NCBI GenBank assembly: GCA_964016885.1
Contig: OZ024766.1
Coordinates: forward strand, 14,012,001-14,076,000
Direction of reading: 5' to 3'
Length of the DNA stretch: 64,000 bases
From: Eledone cirrhosa
Lineage: Eukaryota
Position numbers and translations under genes: made by a program
Notes under the pieces: model-generated
Databases searched by the model: none
What the model saw: only the letters and a program-made list of their open reading frames with translations
Told to the model about the DNA's origin: nothing
Shown: in pieces, positions 25,128 through 39,963 of the stretch
Layout of the letters: each line of letters starts with the position of its first letter
Position numbering within the stretch: position 1 is the stretch's first letter

Positions 25128-28100
25128 ACGAAGGAAATGTGGTAAGGAACCAGGTGGACCATAACGCACCAAAGTACTCAATACTTGAGGTAGTAGAGTG
25201 GGTAATAGGAACCTTATTATATATTTATATATATATATATATAAATAATATATTAATAAATGGAAACTATATTTATAAAACCATATTTATTTTATTATAC
25301 ATATTTCAAGGGCAACCAAGGCAAACTGTTGAGTGCTTTATATCAGTTATAAAAATGTTTAAGCTTATTGAATCCCAACAAATTAAATATAACCTCTGCA
25401 TATATATATATTTATATATATATATATAAATATATATAATACAACATTAGAATTACTACTACATTTTACTTTCTATCTCTGTCTCTCACATCTCTTTCTC
25501 TCCCTCTATCTCCCTCTCTCGATATCCCTCTCTTTCTCTCACCCCCCTCTCTCTCTCTATCTCTCTCTATCTCTCCTCCTGTCTCTCCCATACACTTACC
25601 TAAGGTCATGTAATTTAACTGGGTGTGACTTTCTCTAAAAGTTAATACAAAGACTTGCTTTCAACTGACAGAAACATAGCTACAATGTTGCACACTCATA
25701 TCATGTGTCTGTATGGCTGACTGCCAGAACTTCATACAGAAATAAAAAACCCACACAACCAACATTCTGGGGTTGATAAAATATAATTGTTTCTAATTAT
25801 ATTGACTAATTATATTTACGAATAATATTGACTAATAATATTGACTAATAATATTGACTAATTATATTGACTAATTATATTTACTAATAATATTGACTAA
25901 TAATATTGACTAATAATATTGACTAATTATATTGACTAATTATATTTACTAATAATATTGACTAATAATATTGACTAATAATATTGACTAAGTATATTTA
26001 CTAATAATATTGACTAATAATATTGACTTATTATATTGACTAATTATATTGACTAATTATATTGACTAATTATATTGACTAATTATATTGACTAATTATA
26101 TTGACTAATAATATTGACTAATTATATTTACTAATAATATTGACTAATTATATTGACTAATTATATTTACTAATTATATTTACTAATAATATTTACTAAT
26201 AATATTGACTAATAATATCGACTAATTATATTGACGAATTATATTGACTAATTATATTTACTAATTATATTGACTAATTATATTGACTAATTATATTTAC
26301 TAATTATATTGACTAATTATATTTACTAATAATAGTAACTAATTATATGAACTAATAATTGTTTCTACGTTAGGAACAAGGCCAGCAATTACCCAGTACA
26401 TTACTGGTACTTTATTTTATCGACCCCGTAAGGATGAAAGGCAAAGTTAACCTCATTAACTAATTATATTGACTAATTATATTAACTAATAATATTAACT
26501 AATATTATCACCTAATAATATTAACTAATAACATTCACTAATTATATTAACTAATAATATTAACTAATATTATCATCTAATAATATTCACTAATAATTTA
26601 AATAATTTTTACATTAGGCACAAGGCCAGCAATTACCCCAGTGTATTACTGGTACTTTATTTTATCAACCCCGTAAGGATGAAAGGCAAAGTTAACCTCG
26701 GCGGGATTTGAATTAGTTAATATTATTCGGTGGATTGGCAGTATTGTTGGAGCGTCGGACGCCTTGCTTTGATGCATAGAGTTATATAATTAGTAAATAT
26801 TATTAGTTAATATTATTAGTTAATATTATTTAGTTAATATTATTAGTTAATATTATTAGTCAATATAATTAGTTAATATTATTAGTTAATATAATTAGTT
26901 AATATTATTAGTTAATATTATTAGTCAATAATAACATTAATGGCAGTGGATTGGCAGTATCAGTGGAGGGTCGGACGCCATGCTTTGATGCATAGAGTTA
27001 CGGCCCTTGCCATTCTGAGTTCAAATCCCACCGAGGTTAACTTTGCCTTTCATCCTTACGGGGTCGATAAAATAAAGTAGCAGTAATTCACTGGGGTAAT
27101 TGCTGGCCTTGTGCCTAACGTAGAAACAATTATTAACTAATATTACTAACTAATAATATTGATTGTTGACTAGAAATTTAGAGATTATTTTAATGGTTTC
27201 TGATTTAGATGCAAGGCCAACACATTTGGGGAAGGGGTGTTGATTGACCCCAGTGTGTTACTGGTACTTTATTTTATCAACCCAGTAAGGATGAAAGGCA
27301 AAGCTTACCTTGATGGGATTTGAACTCAGAACGTAAAGGGCCGTAACTGGGTTCAAATCCTACTGAAGTTATAGCTCTGGCTTTCATCCTAACAGGGTTG
27401 ATAAAGTAAAGTACCAGTAACGTACTGGGGTTGATGAAGTAAAGTACCTGTAACGTTCTTGGGTTGATAAAGTAAGGTACCAGTAATGTACTGGGGTTGA
27501 TAAAGTAAAGTACCAGTAATGTACTGGGGTTGATAAAGTAAAGTACCAGTAACGTACTGGGGTTGATAAAGTAAAGTACCAGTAATGTACTGGGGTTGAT
27601 AAAGTAAAGTACCAGTAATGTACTGGGTTTGATAAAGTAAAGTATCAGTAACGTACTGGGGTTGATAAAGTAAAGTACCAGTAACGTACTGGGGTTGATA
27701 AAGTAAAGTACCAGTAATGTACGGGGGTTGATAAAGTAAAGTACCAGTAACGTACTGGGGTTGATAAAGTAAAGTACCAGTAATGTACTGGGGTTGATAA
27801 AGTAAAGTACCAGTAATGTACTGGGTTTGATAAAGTAAAGTATCAGTAACGTACTGGGGTTGATAAAGTAAAGTACCAGTAACGTACTGGGGTTGATAAA
27901 GTAAAGTACCAGTAATGTACGGGGGTTGATAAAGTAAAGTACCAGTAACGTACTGGGGTTGATAAAGTAAAGTACCAGTAATGTACTGGGGTTGATAAAG
28001 TAAAGTACCAGTAACGTACTGGGGTTGATAAAATAAAGTACCAGTAATGTACTGGGATTGATAAAATAAACTACCAGTAACGTACTGGGGTTGATAAAGT

Positions 28101-28250
28101 AAAGTACCAGGAATGTACTGGGGTTGATAAAGTAAAGTACCAGTAATGTACTGGGGTTGATAAAATAAAGTACCAGTAATGTACTGGGGTTGACAAAATA
28201 AAGTACCTGGACTGGTGAGAGATAAAAGCTGAGATATGAAAATAACTAAC

Positions 28251-28388
28251 CTTTCTGACAACTGTTTCCTTCATAACCTGGAGCACATCTACCCCTTGAA
28301 CAGATCCCTAATTCCACATTACACCTGTTGTTATCTTCACAATGACACACCTGATCACAGTTGGCACCAAGTCTTCCACTACTGCACA
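28251..28388 (-). CDS. EGF-like exon, copy 6
   Basis: Identical to copy 1. Confidence 0.88.
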
Positions 28389-30096
28389 CTGTAACAGGAA
28401 AACATTGGTGTAGATCAGGGATTGCCAACTTCTTTGCCTCCATGGGCCGGACGAACGCCATAAAAGAATAATTATGGAAAATTACACAAGCTAAAATTTT
28501 TATCTCGAGTGTCGACTATACTATTCATTTCTCAAATCTTGAATTATATTCACAAATACCTCTGAATCCTGTGATTTCCCTCCTTGAAATGATGGAAAAT
28601 GCACATAATTTTTATTTCAAAGTTGATGTTCCCACAACTGTAGCTTTTTTTCAAAGGCAACAATATGGTTATACATTTCATTTACGAGCTGAGTTTTACC
28701 TTGAAGTTGTAAATTTAAGTTATTTAACCCTTTAGCACTTACATTACTCTATATTTACTATTGTAATGTCACAGTAAACACTTAATTTTATATAGTTATC
28801 TCACATAATATTGAATCTATAAGATTTTGATATTATTTATTTTGAGAAGAATACCTTAACGTCAGTATGAGTGGCTAGTTACAGCCGGTTTGAACAGAAA
28901 AAAGTGAGAGATTTCTGGCCGGATATGGCCGGTTTAAATGCTAAAGGGTTAAACGAGTCACAATATCCTCAATAAATACCAAAGTTGTAACAGCAGGCCT
29001 TTTATTGTATTCGAAAGGAATAATACGTATTATTCTTTTATAATCTTTTATAATCTCTATAATTGTATTATTCTTTATCGAAAGGTTGTGAGTTCAATTC
29101 TCCGACCGGTTAACGTGTTGTTTCCTTGAGCAAACACTTTATTTCAAATTGCTCCAGTTTACTCAGCTGTAGAAATGAGATGATAGGGACTGGAGTCCCT
29201 ATCATTCCACTGTAAAGTGGTCGTAGCGGTGCCACGGCAAAAAATCACCCAGCACTCACTGTAAATGAGGTTGGTTTTAGGAAGGGCATCAAGCTGTAGA
29301 AATCAAGCCAGAATCAGTTCCTGTCCCACTCTTGCAAGCAGGGAAAAGGGGACGTAAAATGAAATGATTTCATAATTCAGGGGTTGATAAAATATAGTAC
29401 CAGTGATATCCTGGGGTAGATTTAATAGAATAGCTTAACACACACTCACATATATATATATATCTACTAACCAAAGTATCGCGTGATCTGGTGCGTTATG
29501 GTCCACCTCGTTCCTTACCATACTTCCTACCACACACACACACACACATATATAGATATATACTTATAAATATATACAGAATAAGGAGCAGGTATTACAA
29601 TAACCTGGGGTTCAAGGGCCCTCACCTCTTCAACAAGCTGCCAAGGAATTTGAGAGATCTGCATGGTGTGGACGTGGATGTTTTCAAGGAACATCTCGAC
29701 ACCCTGTTACCAGGATCCTGGATGAGCCCACAGCATGGTTCGAAGGTAACCTAAGGGCAGCAACAACGAACCCCCTCTTTGCCAAATGGCCAACCAACAC
29801 AGGTTGGAGAAAGAATGTGTAACAAGGGCATGCCCCAGCATGGCCTCAACTGGATCGCTGGAACACGTTAAAAGAGTAAAAGAGAATATATATATATATA
29901 TACATATAATGTAGGAGGTGAGTTTTATTGTAGTACAATAAAGCAATGCAGATATCGGATAAGAAGCACTCTACAGTTTGTAGGACTGGAGTATACATAA
30001 TATAAGATCAAAAGATGGTTAAAGGAGTTCCATGTATTTTATTATGCGCATTTAAAACTGCACTATCCACAAGTGTTTTTTTAGCCTTCATATCAT

Positions 30097-30182
30097 GTTC
30101 TCCTGTTTTATCTGATGAAAACACAAATATTATTGCATGATGATGTTTGTTTTTGAAATGCGCATAATAAAATACATGGAAC
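30097..30182 (+). ncRNA. Type I minimal hammerhead ribozyme motif
   Basis: Same sequence as 14515-14600. Confidence 0.75.
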
Positions 30183-30729
30183 TCCTTTAACCATCTTTTG
30201 ATCTTATATTATATATACATATATATATATTTATATTTATATTTCTGGCTATTTCTGGCTGTCGATGGTCCTATTCAGGCCACTGGGATGACGTTGTTCA
30301 ACGAGTGTATTTTTAAAAAAATGCAACACGTGGTTCAAATCATTCGCAGATTTGCATTTGCTGTGTAAACGCAGATGGTTATTTTTCTTCTCATTTGGTG
30401 AACATCCAAGAATTTAACTGCTGTGATTTACGGATTAATAGGTGAAATATATTTCTTACTTAAAGAAATATATACAAAGGAGATTAATCATTTTAAAAGG
30501 TATCTATATTTGAAGTTCTAGTCAAGCTTTAATTAGTTACCTACCTAGCTATGTGTGCCTACATTCTTTACAAATTATTCCCTGTGATTGTTTCATGTAT
30601 TTATTATATATATATATATATATGTCAATCTATTTCTAGTTGATATGTAATGCTCGGATCTAATCTTTCAGCTTATTCTACGCATGGTGCATGTCTCTCA
30701 GACATGACAACCCTTAATTTTAATTTGGG

Positions 30730-30787
<58 letters not shown>

Positions 30788-30836
30788 ATATATATATATC
30801 TCAGAGTACTCAATACTTAGGGTAGAAGAGTGGGTA

Positions 30837-30910
30837 ATAGGAAAAGAGCCAGGAACCCAACAGCTGAGCTCTGGCCAGAGATCAGCAGTTGGGTTCCTGA
30901 CTCTTTTCCT

Positions 30911-30912
<2 letters not shown>
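30837..30912. repeat. 76-bp near-perfect palindrome without a spacer
   Basis: ataggaaaagagccaggaacccaacagctgagctctgg|ccagagatcagcagttgggttcctgactcttttcctat: 38-bp arms with 3 mismatches. Full length also at about 40628-40703; left-truncated in most units (e.g. 236-305). Confidence 0.9.
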
Positions 30913-30947
<35 letters not shown>

Positions 30948-33900
30948 TAAATGGAAACTATATTTATAAAACCATATTTATTTTATTATACATATTTCAA
31001 GGCAACCAAGGCAAACTGTTGAGTGCTTTATATCAGTTATAAACATTTTTAAGCTTATTGAATCCCAACAAATTAAATATAACCTCTGCATATATATATA
31101 TATATATATATATAATACATTAGAATTACTACTACATTTTACTTTCTATCTCTCTGCCTCTTCCACTTTTAGTCTCCATTCTTCCCACTTTCTCTCTCTC
31201 CCTCTCTCTCTGTCTCTCTCACATCTCTTTCTCTCCCTCTATCTCCCTCTCTCGATATCCCTCTCTTTCTCTCTCTCTCTGTCTCTCTCGCCCCCTCTCT
31301 CTCTATCTCTCCTCCTGTCTCTCCCATACACTTACCTAAGGTCATGTAATTTAACTGGGTGTGACTTTCTCTAAAAGTTAATACAAAGACTTGCTTTCAA
31401 CTGACAGAAACATAGCTACGATGTTGCACACTCATATCATGTGTCTGTATGGCTGACTGTCTGAACTTCATACAGAAATAAAAAACCCACACAACCAACA
31501 TTCTGGGGTTGATAAAATATAATTGTTTCTAATTATATTGACTAATTATATTTACTAATAATATTGAGTAATAATATTGACTAATTATATTGACTAATTA
31601 TATTGGCTAATTATATTGAGTAATAATATTGACTAATTATATTGACTAATTATATTGACTAATTATATTGACTAATTATATTGACTAATTATATTGACTT
31701 ATTATATTGACTAATTATATTTACTAATAGTATTGACTAATAATATTTACTAATTATATTGACTAATTATATTGACTAATTATATTGACTAATTATATTG
31801 ACTAATTATATTTACTAATTATATTGACTAAATATATTTACTAATAATAGTAACTAATTATATGAACTAATAATAATTTCTACGTTAGCCACAAGGCCAG
31901 CAATTACCCAGTACATTACTGGTACTTTATTTTATCGACCCCGTAAGGATGAAAGGCAAAGTTAACCTCATTAACTAATTATATTGACTAATTATATTAA
32001 CTAATAATATTAACTAATATTATCACCTAATAATATTAACTAATAACATTCACTAATTATATTAACTAATAATATTAACTAATATTATCAACTAATAATA
32101 TTCACTAATAATTTAAATAATTTTTACATTAGGCACAAGGCCAGCAATTACCCCAGTGTATTACTGGTACTTTATTTTATCAACCCCGTAAGGATGAAGG
32201 GCAAAGTTAACCTCGGCGGGATTTGAATTAGTTAATATTATTCGGTGGATTGGCAGTATCGGTGGAGCGTCGGACGCCATGCTTTGATGCATAGAGTTAT
32301 ATAATTAGTAAATATTATTAGTTAATATTATTAGTTAATATAATTAGTTAATATTATTAGTTAATATAATTAGTTAATATTATTAGTTAATATTATTAGT
32401 TAATATTATTAGTTAATATTATTAGTCAATATAATTAGTTAATATTATTAGTTAATATAATTAGTTAATATTATTAGTTAATATTATTAGTTAATATTAT
32501 TAGTTAATATAATTAGTTAATATTATTAGTTAATATAATTAGTTAATATTATTAGTTAATATTATTAGTTAATATTATTAGTTAATATTATTAGTCAATA
32601 TTATTAGTTAATATTATTAGTTAATATTATTTAGTTAATATTATTAGTTAATATTATTAGTCAATATAATTAGTTAATATTATTAGTTAATATAATTAGT
32701 TAATATTATTAGTTAATATTATTAGTTAATATTATTAGTTAATATTATTTAGTTAATATTATTAGTTAATATTATTAGTCAATATAATTAGTTAATATTA
32801 TTAATTAATATAATTAGTTAATATTATTAGTCAATAATAATATTAATGGCAGTGGATTGGCAGTATCAGTGGAGGGTCGGACGCCATGCTTTGATGCATA
32901 GAGTTACGGCCCTTGCCATTCTGAGTTCAAATCCCACCGAGGTTAACTTTGCCTTTCATCCTTACGGGGTCGATAAAATAAAGTAGCAGTAATTCACTGG
33001 GGTAATTGCTGGCCTTGTGCCTAACGTAGAAACAATTATTAACTAATATTTCTAACTAATAATATTGATTGTTGACTAGAAATTTAGAGATTATTTTAAT
33101 GGTTTCTGATTTAGATGCAAGGCCAACACATTTGGGGAAGGGGTGTTGATTGACCCCAGTGTGTTACTGGTACTTTATTTTATCAACCCAGTAAGGATGA
33201 AAGGCAAAGCTTACCTTGATGGGATTTGAACTCAGAACGTAAAGGGCCGTAACTGGGTTCAAATCCTACTGAAGTTATAGCTCTGGTTTTCATCCTAACA
33301 GGGTTGATAAAGTAAAGTACCAGTAACGTACTGGGGTTGATGAAGTAAAGTACCTGTAGCGTTCTTGGGTTGATAAAGTAAGGTACCAGTAATGTACTGG
33401 GGTTGATAAAGTAAAGTACCAGTAATGTACTGGGGTTGATAAAGTAAAGTACCTGTAACGTTCTTGGGTTGATAAAGTAAGGTACCAGTAATGTACTGGG
33501 GTTAATAAAGTAAAGTACCAGTAATGTACTGAGTTTGATAAAGTAAAGTATCAGTAACGTACTGGGGTTGATAAAGTAAAGTACCAGTAACGTACTGGGG
33601 TTGATGAAGTAAAGTACCTGTAACGTTCTTGGGTTGATAAAGTAAGGTACCAGTAATGTACTGGGGTTGATAAAGTAAAGTACCAGTAATGTACTGGGGT
33701 TGATAAAGTAAAGTACCTGTAACGTTCTTGGGTTGATAAAGTAAGGTACCAGTAATGTACTGGGGTTGATAAAGTAAAGTACCAGTAATGTACTGGGTTT
33801 GATAAAGTAAAGTATCAGTAACGTACTGGGGTTGATAAAGTAAAGTACCAGTAATGTACTGGGGTTGATAAAGTAAAGTACCAGTAACGTACTGGGGTTG

Positions 33901-34057
33901 ATAAAGTAAAGTACCAGTAAAGTACTGGGGTTGACAAAATAAAGTACCAGTAATGTACTGGGATTGATAAAATAAAGTACCAGTAATGTACTGGGGTTGA
34001 TAAAATAAAGTACCTGGACTGGTGAGAGATAAAAGCTGAGATATGAAAATAACTAAC

Positions 34058-34195
34058 CTTTCTGACAACTGTTTCCTTCATAACCTGGAGCACATCTACC
34101 CCTTGAACAGATCCCTAATTCCACATTCCACCTGTTGTTATCTTCACAATGACACACCTGATCACAGTTGGCACCAAGTCTTCCACTACTGCACA
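34058..34195 (-). CDS. EGF-like exon, copy 7 (C>W variant)
   Basis: TGT>TGG at 34128 removes the fifth Cys; frame and splice sites intact. Confidence 0.84.
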
Positions 34196-35904
34196 CTGTA
34201 ACAGGAAAACATTGGTGTAGATCAGGGATTGCCAACTTCTTTACCTCCATGGGCCGGACGAACGCCATAAAAGAATAATTATGGAAAATTACACAAGCTA
34301 AAATTTTTATCTCGAGTGTCGACGATACTATTCATTTCTCAAATCTTGAATTATATTCACAAATACCTCTGAATCCTGTGATTTCCCTCCTTGAAATGAT
34401 GGAAAATGCACATAATTTTTATTTCAAAGTTGATGTTCCCACAACTCTAGCTTTTTTTCAAAGGCAACAATATGGTTATACATTTCATTTACGAGCTGAG
34501 TTTTAACTTGAAGTTGTAAATTTAAGTTATTTAACCCTTTAGCACTTACATTATTCTATATTTACTATTGTAGTTTCACAGTAAACACTTTATCTTATAT
34601 AGTTATCTCACATAATATTGAATCTATGAGATTTTGATATTATTTATTTTGAGAAGAATACCTTAACGTCAGTATGAGTGGCTAGTTACAGCCGGTTTGA
34701 ACAGAAAAAAGTGAGAGATTTCTGGCCGGATATGGCCGGTTTAAATGCTAAAGGGTTAAACGAGTCACAATATCCTCAATAAATACCAAAGTTGTAACAG
34801 CAGGCTTTTTATTGTATTGGAAAGGAATAATACGTATTATTCTTTTATAATCTTTTATAATCTCTATAATTGTATTATTCTTTATCGAAAGGTTGTGAGT
34901 TCAATTCTCAGACCGGGTAATGTGTTGTTTCCTTGAGCAAGACACTTTATTTCAAATTGCTCCAGTTTACTCAGCTGTAGAAATGGGATGATAGGGACTG
35001 GGGTCCCTATCATTCCACTGTAAAGTGGTCCTAGAGGTGCCACGGCAAAAAATCACCCAGCAGTCACTGTAAATGAGGTTGGTTTTAGGAAGGGCATCAA
35101 GCTGAGGAAATCAAGCCAGAATCAGTTCCTGTCCCACTCTTGCAAGCAGGGAAAAGGGGACGTAAAATGAAATGATTTCATAATTCAGGGGTTGATAAAA
35201 TATAGTACCAGTGATATCCTGGGGTAGATTTAATAGAATAGCTTAACACACACTCACATATATATATATATCTACTAACCAAAGTATCGCGTGATCTGGT
35301 GCGTTATGGTCCACCTCGTTCCTTACCATACTTCCTACCACACACACACACACACATATATAGATATATACTTATAAATATATACAGAATAAGGAGCAGG
35401 TATTACAATAACCTGGGGTTCAAGGGCCCTCACCTCTTCAACAAGCTGCCAAGGAATTTGAGAGATCTGCATGGTGTGGACGTGGATGTTTTCAAGGAAC
35501 ATCTCGACACCCTGTTACCAGGATCCTGGATGAGCCCACAGCATGGTTCGAAGGTAACCTAAGGGCAGCAACAACGAACCCCCTCTTTGCCAAATGGCCA
35601 ACCAACACAGGTTGGAGAAAGAATGTGTAACAAGGGCATGCCCCAGCATGGCCTCAACTGGATCGCTGGAACACGTTAAAAGAGTAAAAGAGAATATATA
35701 TATATATATACATATAATGTAGGAGGTGAGTTTTATTGTGGTACAATAAAGCAATGCAGATATCGGATAAGAAGCACTCTACAGTTTGTAGGACTGGAGT
35801 ATACATAATATAAGATCAAAAGATGGTTAAAGGAGTTCCATGTATTTTATTATGCGCATTTAAAACTGCACTATCCACAAGTGTTTTTTTAGCCTTCATA
35901 TCAT

Positions 35905-35990
35905 GTTCTCCTGTTTTATCTGATGAAAACACAAATATTATTGCATGATGATGTTTGTTTTTGAAATGCGCATAATAAAATACATGGAAC
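35905..35990 (+). ncRNA. Type I minimal hammerhead ribozyme motif
   Basis: Same sequence as 14515-14600. Confidence 0.75.
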
Positions 35991-36575
35991 TCCTTTAACC
36001 ATCTTTTGATCTTATATTATATATACATATATATATATTTATATTTATATTTCTGGCTATTTCTGGCTGTCGATGGTCCTATTCAGGCCACTGGGATGAC
36101 GTTGTTCAACGAGTGTATTTTTAAAAAAATGCAACAAGTGGTTCAAATCATTCGCAGATTTGCATTTGCTGTGTAAACGCAGATGGTTATTTTTCTTCTC
36201 ATTTGGTGAACATCCAAGAATTTAACTGCTGTGATTTACGGATTAATAGGTGAAATATATTTCTTACTTAAAGAAATATATACAAAGGAGATTAATCATT
36301 TTAAAAGGTATCTATATTTGAAGTTCTAGTCAAGCTTTAATTAGTTACCTACCTAGCTATGTGTGCCTACATTCTTTACAAATTATTCCCTGTGATTGTT
36401 TCATGTATTTATTATATATATATATATATATGTCAATCTATTTCTAGTTGATATGTAATGCTCGGATCTAATCTTTCAGCTTATTCTACGCATGGTGCAT
36501 GTCTCTCAGACATGACAACCCTTAATTTTAATTTGGGATATATATATATATACATATATATATACATATATATAG

Positions 36576-36619
<44 letters not shown>

Positions 36620-38032
36620 CTCAGAGTACTCAATACTTAGGGTAGAAGAGTGGGTAATAGGAAAAGAGCCAGGAACCCAACAGCTGAGCTCTGGCCAGAG
36701 ATCCTTACGGGGTCGATAAAATAAAGTAGCAGTAATTCACTGGGGTAATTGCTGGCCTTGTGCCTAACGTAGAAACAATTATTAACTAATATTTCTAACT
36801 AATAATATTGATTGTTGACTAGAAATTTAGAGATTATTTTAATGGTTTCTGATTTAGATGCAAGGCCAACACATTTGGGGAAGGGGTGTTGATTGACCCC
36901 AGTGTGTTACTGGTACTTTATTTTATCAACCCAGTAAGGATGAAAGGCAAAGCTTACCTTGATGGGATTTGAACTCAGAACGTAAAGGGCCGTAACTGGG
37001 TTCAAATCCTACTGAAGTTATAGCTCTGGCTTTCATCCTAACAGGGTTGATAAAGTAAAGTACCAGTAACGTACTGGGGTTGATGAAGTAAAGTACCTGT
37101 AACGTTCTTGGGTTGATAAAGTAAGGTACCAGTAATGTACTGGGGTTGATAAAGTAAAGTACCAGTAATGTACTGGGGTTGATAAAGTAAAGTACCTGTA
37201 ACGTTCTTGGGTTGATAAAGTAAGGTACCAGTAATGTACTGGGGTTGATAAAGTAAAGTACCAGTAATGTACTGGGTTTGATAAAGTAAAGTATCAGTAA
37301 CGTACTGGGGTTGATAAAGTAAAGTACCAGTAACGTACTGGGGTTGATAAAGTAAAGTACCAGTAATGTACGGGGGGTTGATAAAGTAAGGTACCAGTAA
37401 TGTACTGGGGTTGATAAAGTAAAGTACCAGTAATGTACTGGGGTTGATAAGGTAAAGTACCTGTAACGTTCTTGGGTTGATAAAGTAAGGTACCAGTAAT
37501 GTACTGGGGTTGATAAAGTAAAGTACCAGTAATGTACTGGGTTTGATAAAGTAAAGTATCAGTAACGTACTGGGGTTGATAAAGTAAAGTACCTGTAACG
37601 TTCTTGGGTTGATAAAGTAAAGTACCAGTAATGTACGGGGTTTGATAAAGTAAAGTACCAGTAATGTACTGGGTTTGATAAAGTAAAGTATCAGTAACGT
37701 ACTGGGGTTGATAAAGTAAAGTACCAGTAATGTACTGGGGTTGATAAAGTAAAGTACCAGTAACGTACTGGGGTTGATAAAGTAAAGTACCAGGAATGTA
37801 CTGGGGTTGATAAAGTAAAGTACCAGTAATGTACTGGGGTTGATAAAATAAAGTACCAGTAACGTACTGGGGTTGATAAAGTAAAGTACCAGTAAAGTAC
37901 TGGGGTTGACAAAATAAAGTACCAGTAATGTACTGGGATTGATAAAATAAAGTACCAGTAATGTACTGGGGTTGATAAAATAAAGTACCTGGACTGGTGA
38001 GAGATAAAAGCTGAGATATGAAAATAACTAAC

Positions 38033-38170
38033 CTTTCTGACAACTGTTTCCTTCATAACCTGGAGCACATCTACCCCTTGAACAGATCCCTAATTCCACA
38101 TTACACCTGTTGTTATCTTCACAATGACACACCTGATCACAGTTGGCACCAAGTCTTCCACTACTGCACA
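38033..38170 (-). CDS. EGF-like exon, copy 8
   Basis: Identical to copy 1. Confidence 0.88.
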
Positions 38171-39877
38171 CTGTAACAGGAAAACATTGGTGTAGATCAG
38201 GGATTGCCAACTTCTTTGCCTCCATGGGCCGGACGAACGCCATAAAAGAATAATTATGGAAAATTACACAAGCTAAAATTTTTATCTCGAGTGTTGACTA
38301 TACTATTCATTTCTCAAATCTTGAATTATATTCACAAATACCTCTGAATCCTGTGATTTCCCTCCTTGAAATGATGGAAAATGCACATAATTTTTATTTC
38401 AAAGTTGATGTTCCCACAACTGTAGCTTTTTTTCAAAGGCAACAATGTGGTTATACATTTCATTTACGAGCTGAGTTTTACCTTGAAGTTGTAAATTTAA
38501 GTTATTTAACCCTTTAGCACTTACATTACTCTATATTTACTATTGTAATGTCACAGTAAACACTTTATCTTATATAGTTATCTCACATAATATTGAATCT
38601 ATGAGATTTTGATAATATTTATTTTGAGAAGAATACCTTAACGTCAGTATGAGTGGCTAGTTACAGCCGGTTTGAACAGAAAAAAGTGAGAGATTTCTGG
38701 CCGGATATGGCCGGTTTAAATGGTAAAGGGTTAAACGAGTCACAATATCCTCAATAAATACCAAAGTTGTAACAGCAGGCCTTTTATTGTATTCGAAAGG
38801 AATAATACGTATTATTCTTTTATAATCTTTTATAATCTCTATAATTGTATTATTCTTTATCGAAAGGTTGTGAGTTCAATTCACAGACCGGTTAATGTGT
38901 TGTTTCCTTGAGCAAGACACTTTATTTCAAATTGCTCCAGTTTACTCAGCTGTAGAAATGAGATGATAGGGACTGGAGTCCCTATCATTCCACTGTAAAG
39001 TGGTCGTAGAGGTGCCACAGCAAAAAATCACCCAGCACTCACTGTAAATGAGGTTGGTTTTAGGAAGGGCATCAAGCTGTAGAAATCAAGCCAGAATCAG
39101 TTCCTGTCCCACTCTTGCAAGCAGGGAAAAGGGGACGTAAAATGAAATGATTTCATAATTCAGGGGTTGATAAAATATAGTACCAGTGATATCCTGGGGT
39201 AGATTTAATAGAATAGCTTAACACACACTCACATATATATATATATCTACTAACCAAAGTATCGCGTGATCTGGTGCGTTATGGTCCACCTCGATCCTTA
39301 CCATACTTCCTACCACACACACACACACACACATATATAGATATATACTTATAAATATATACAGAATAAGGAGCAGGTATTACAATAACCTGGGGTTCAA
39401 GGGCCCTCACCTCTTCAACAAGCTGCCAAGGAATTTGAGAGATCTGCATGGTGTGGACGTGGATGTTTTCAAGGAACATCTCGACACCCTGTTACCAGGA
39501 TCCTGGATGAGCCCACAGCATGGTTCGAAGGTAACCTAAGGGCAGCAACAACGAACCCCCTCTTTGCCAAATGGCCAACCAACACAGGTTGGAGAAAGAA
39601 TGTGTAACAAGGGCATGCCCCAGCATGGCCTCAACTGGATCGCTGGAACACGTTAAAAGAGTAAAAGAGAATATATATATATACATATAATGTAGGAGGT
39701 GAGTTTTATTGTAGTACAATAAAGCAATGCAGATATCGGATAAGAAGCACTCTACAGTTTGTAGGACTGGAGTATACATAATATAAGATCAAAAGATGGT
39801 TAAAGGAGTTCCATGTATTTTATTATGCGCATTTAAAACTGCACTATCCACAAGTGTTTTTTTAGCCTTCATATCAT

Positions 39878-39963
39878 GTTCTCCTGTTTTATCTGATGAA
39901 AACACAAATATTATTGCATGATGATGTTTGTTTTTGAAATGCGCATAATAAAATACATGGAAC
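39878..39963 (+). ncRNA. Type I minimal hammerhead ribozyme motif
   Basis: Same sequence as 14515-14600. Confidence 0.75.
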
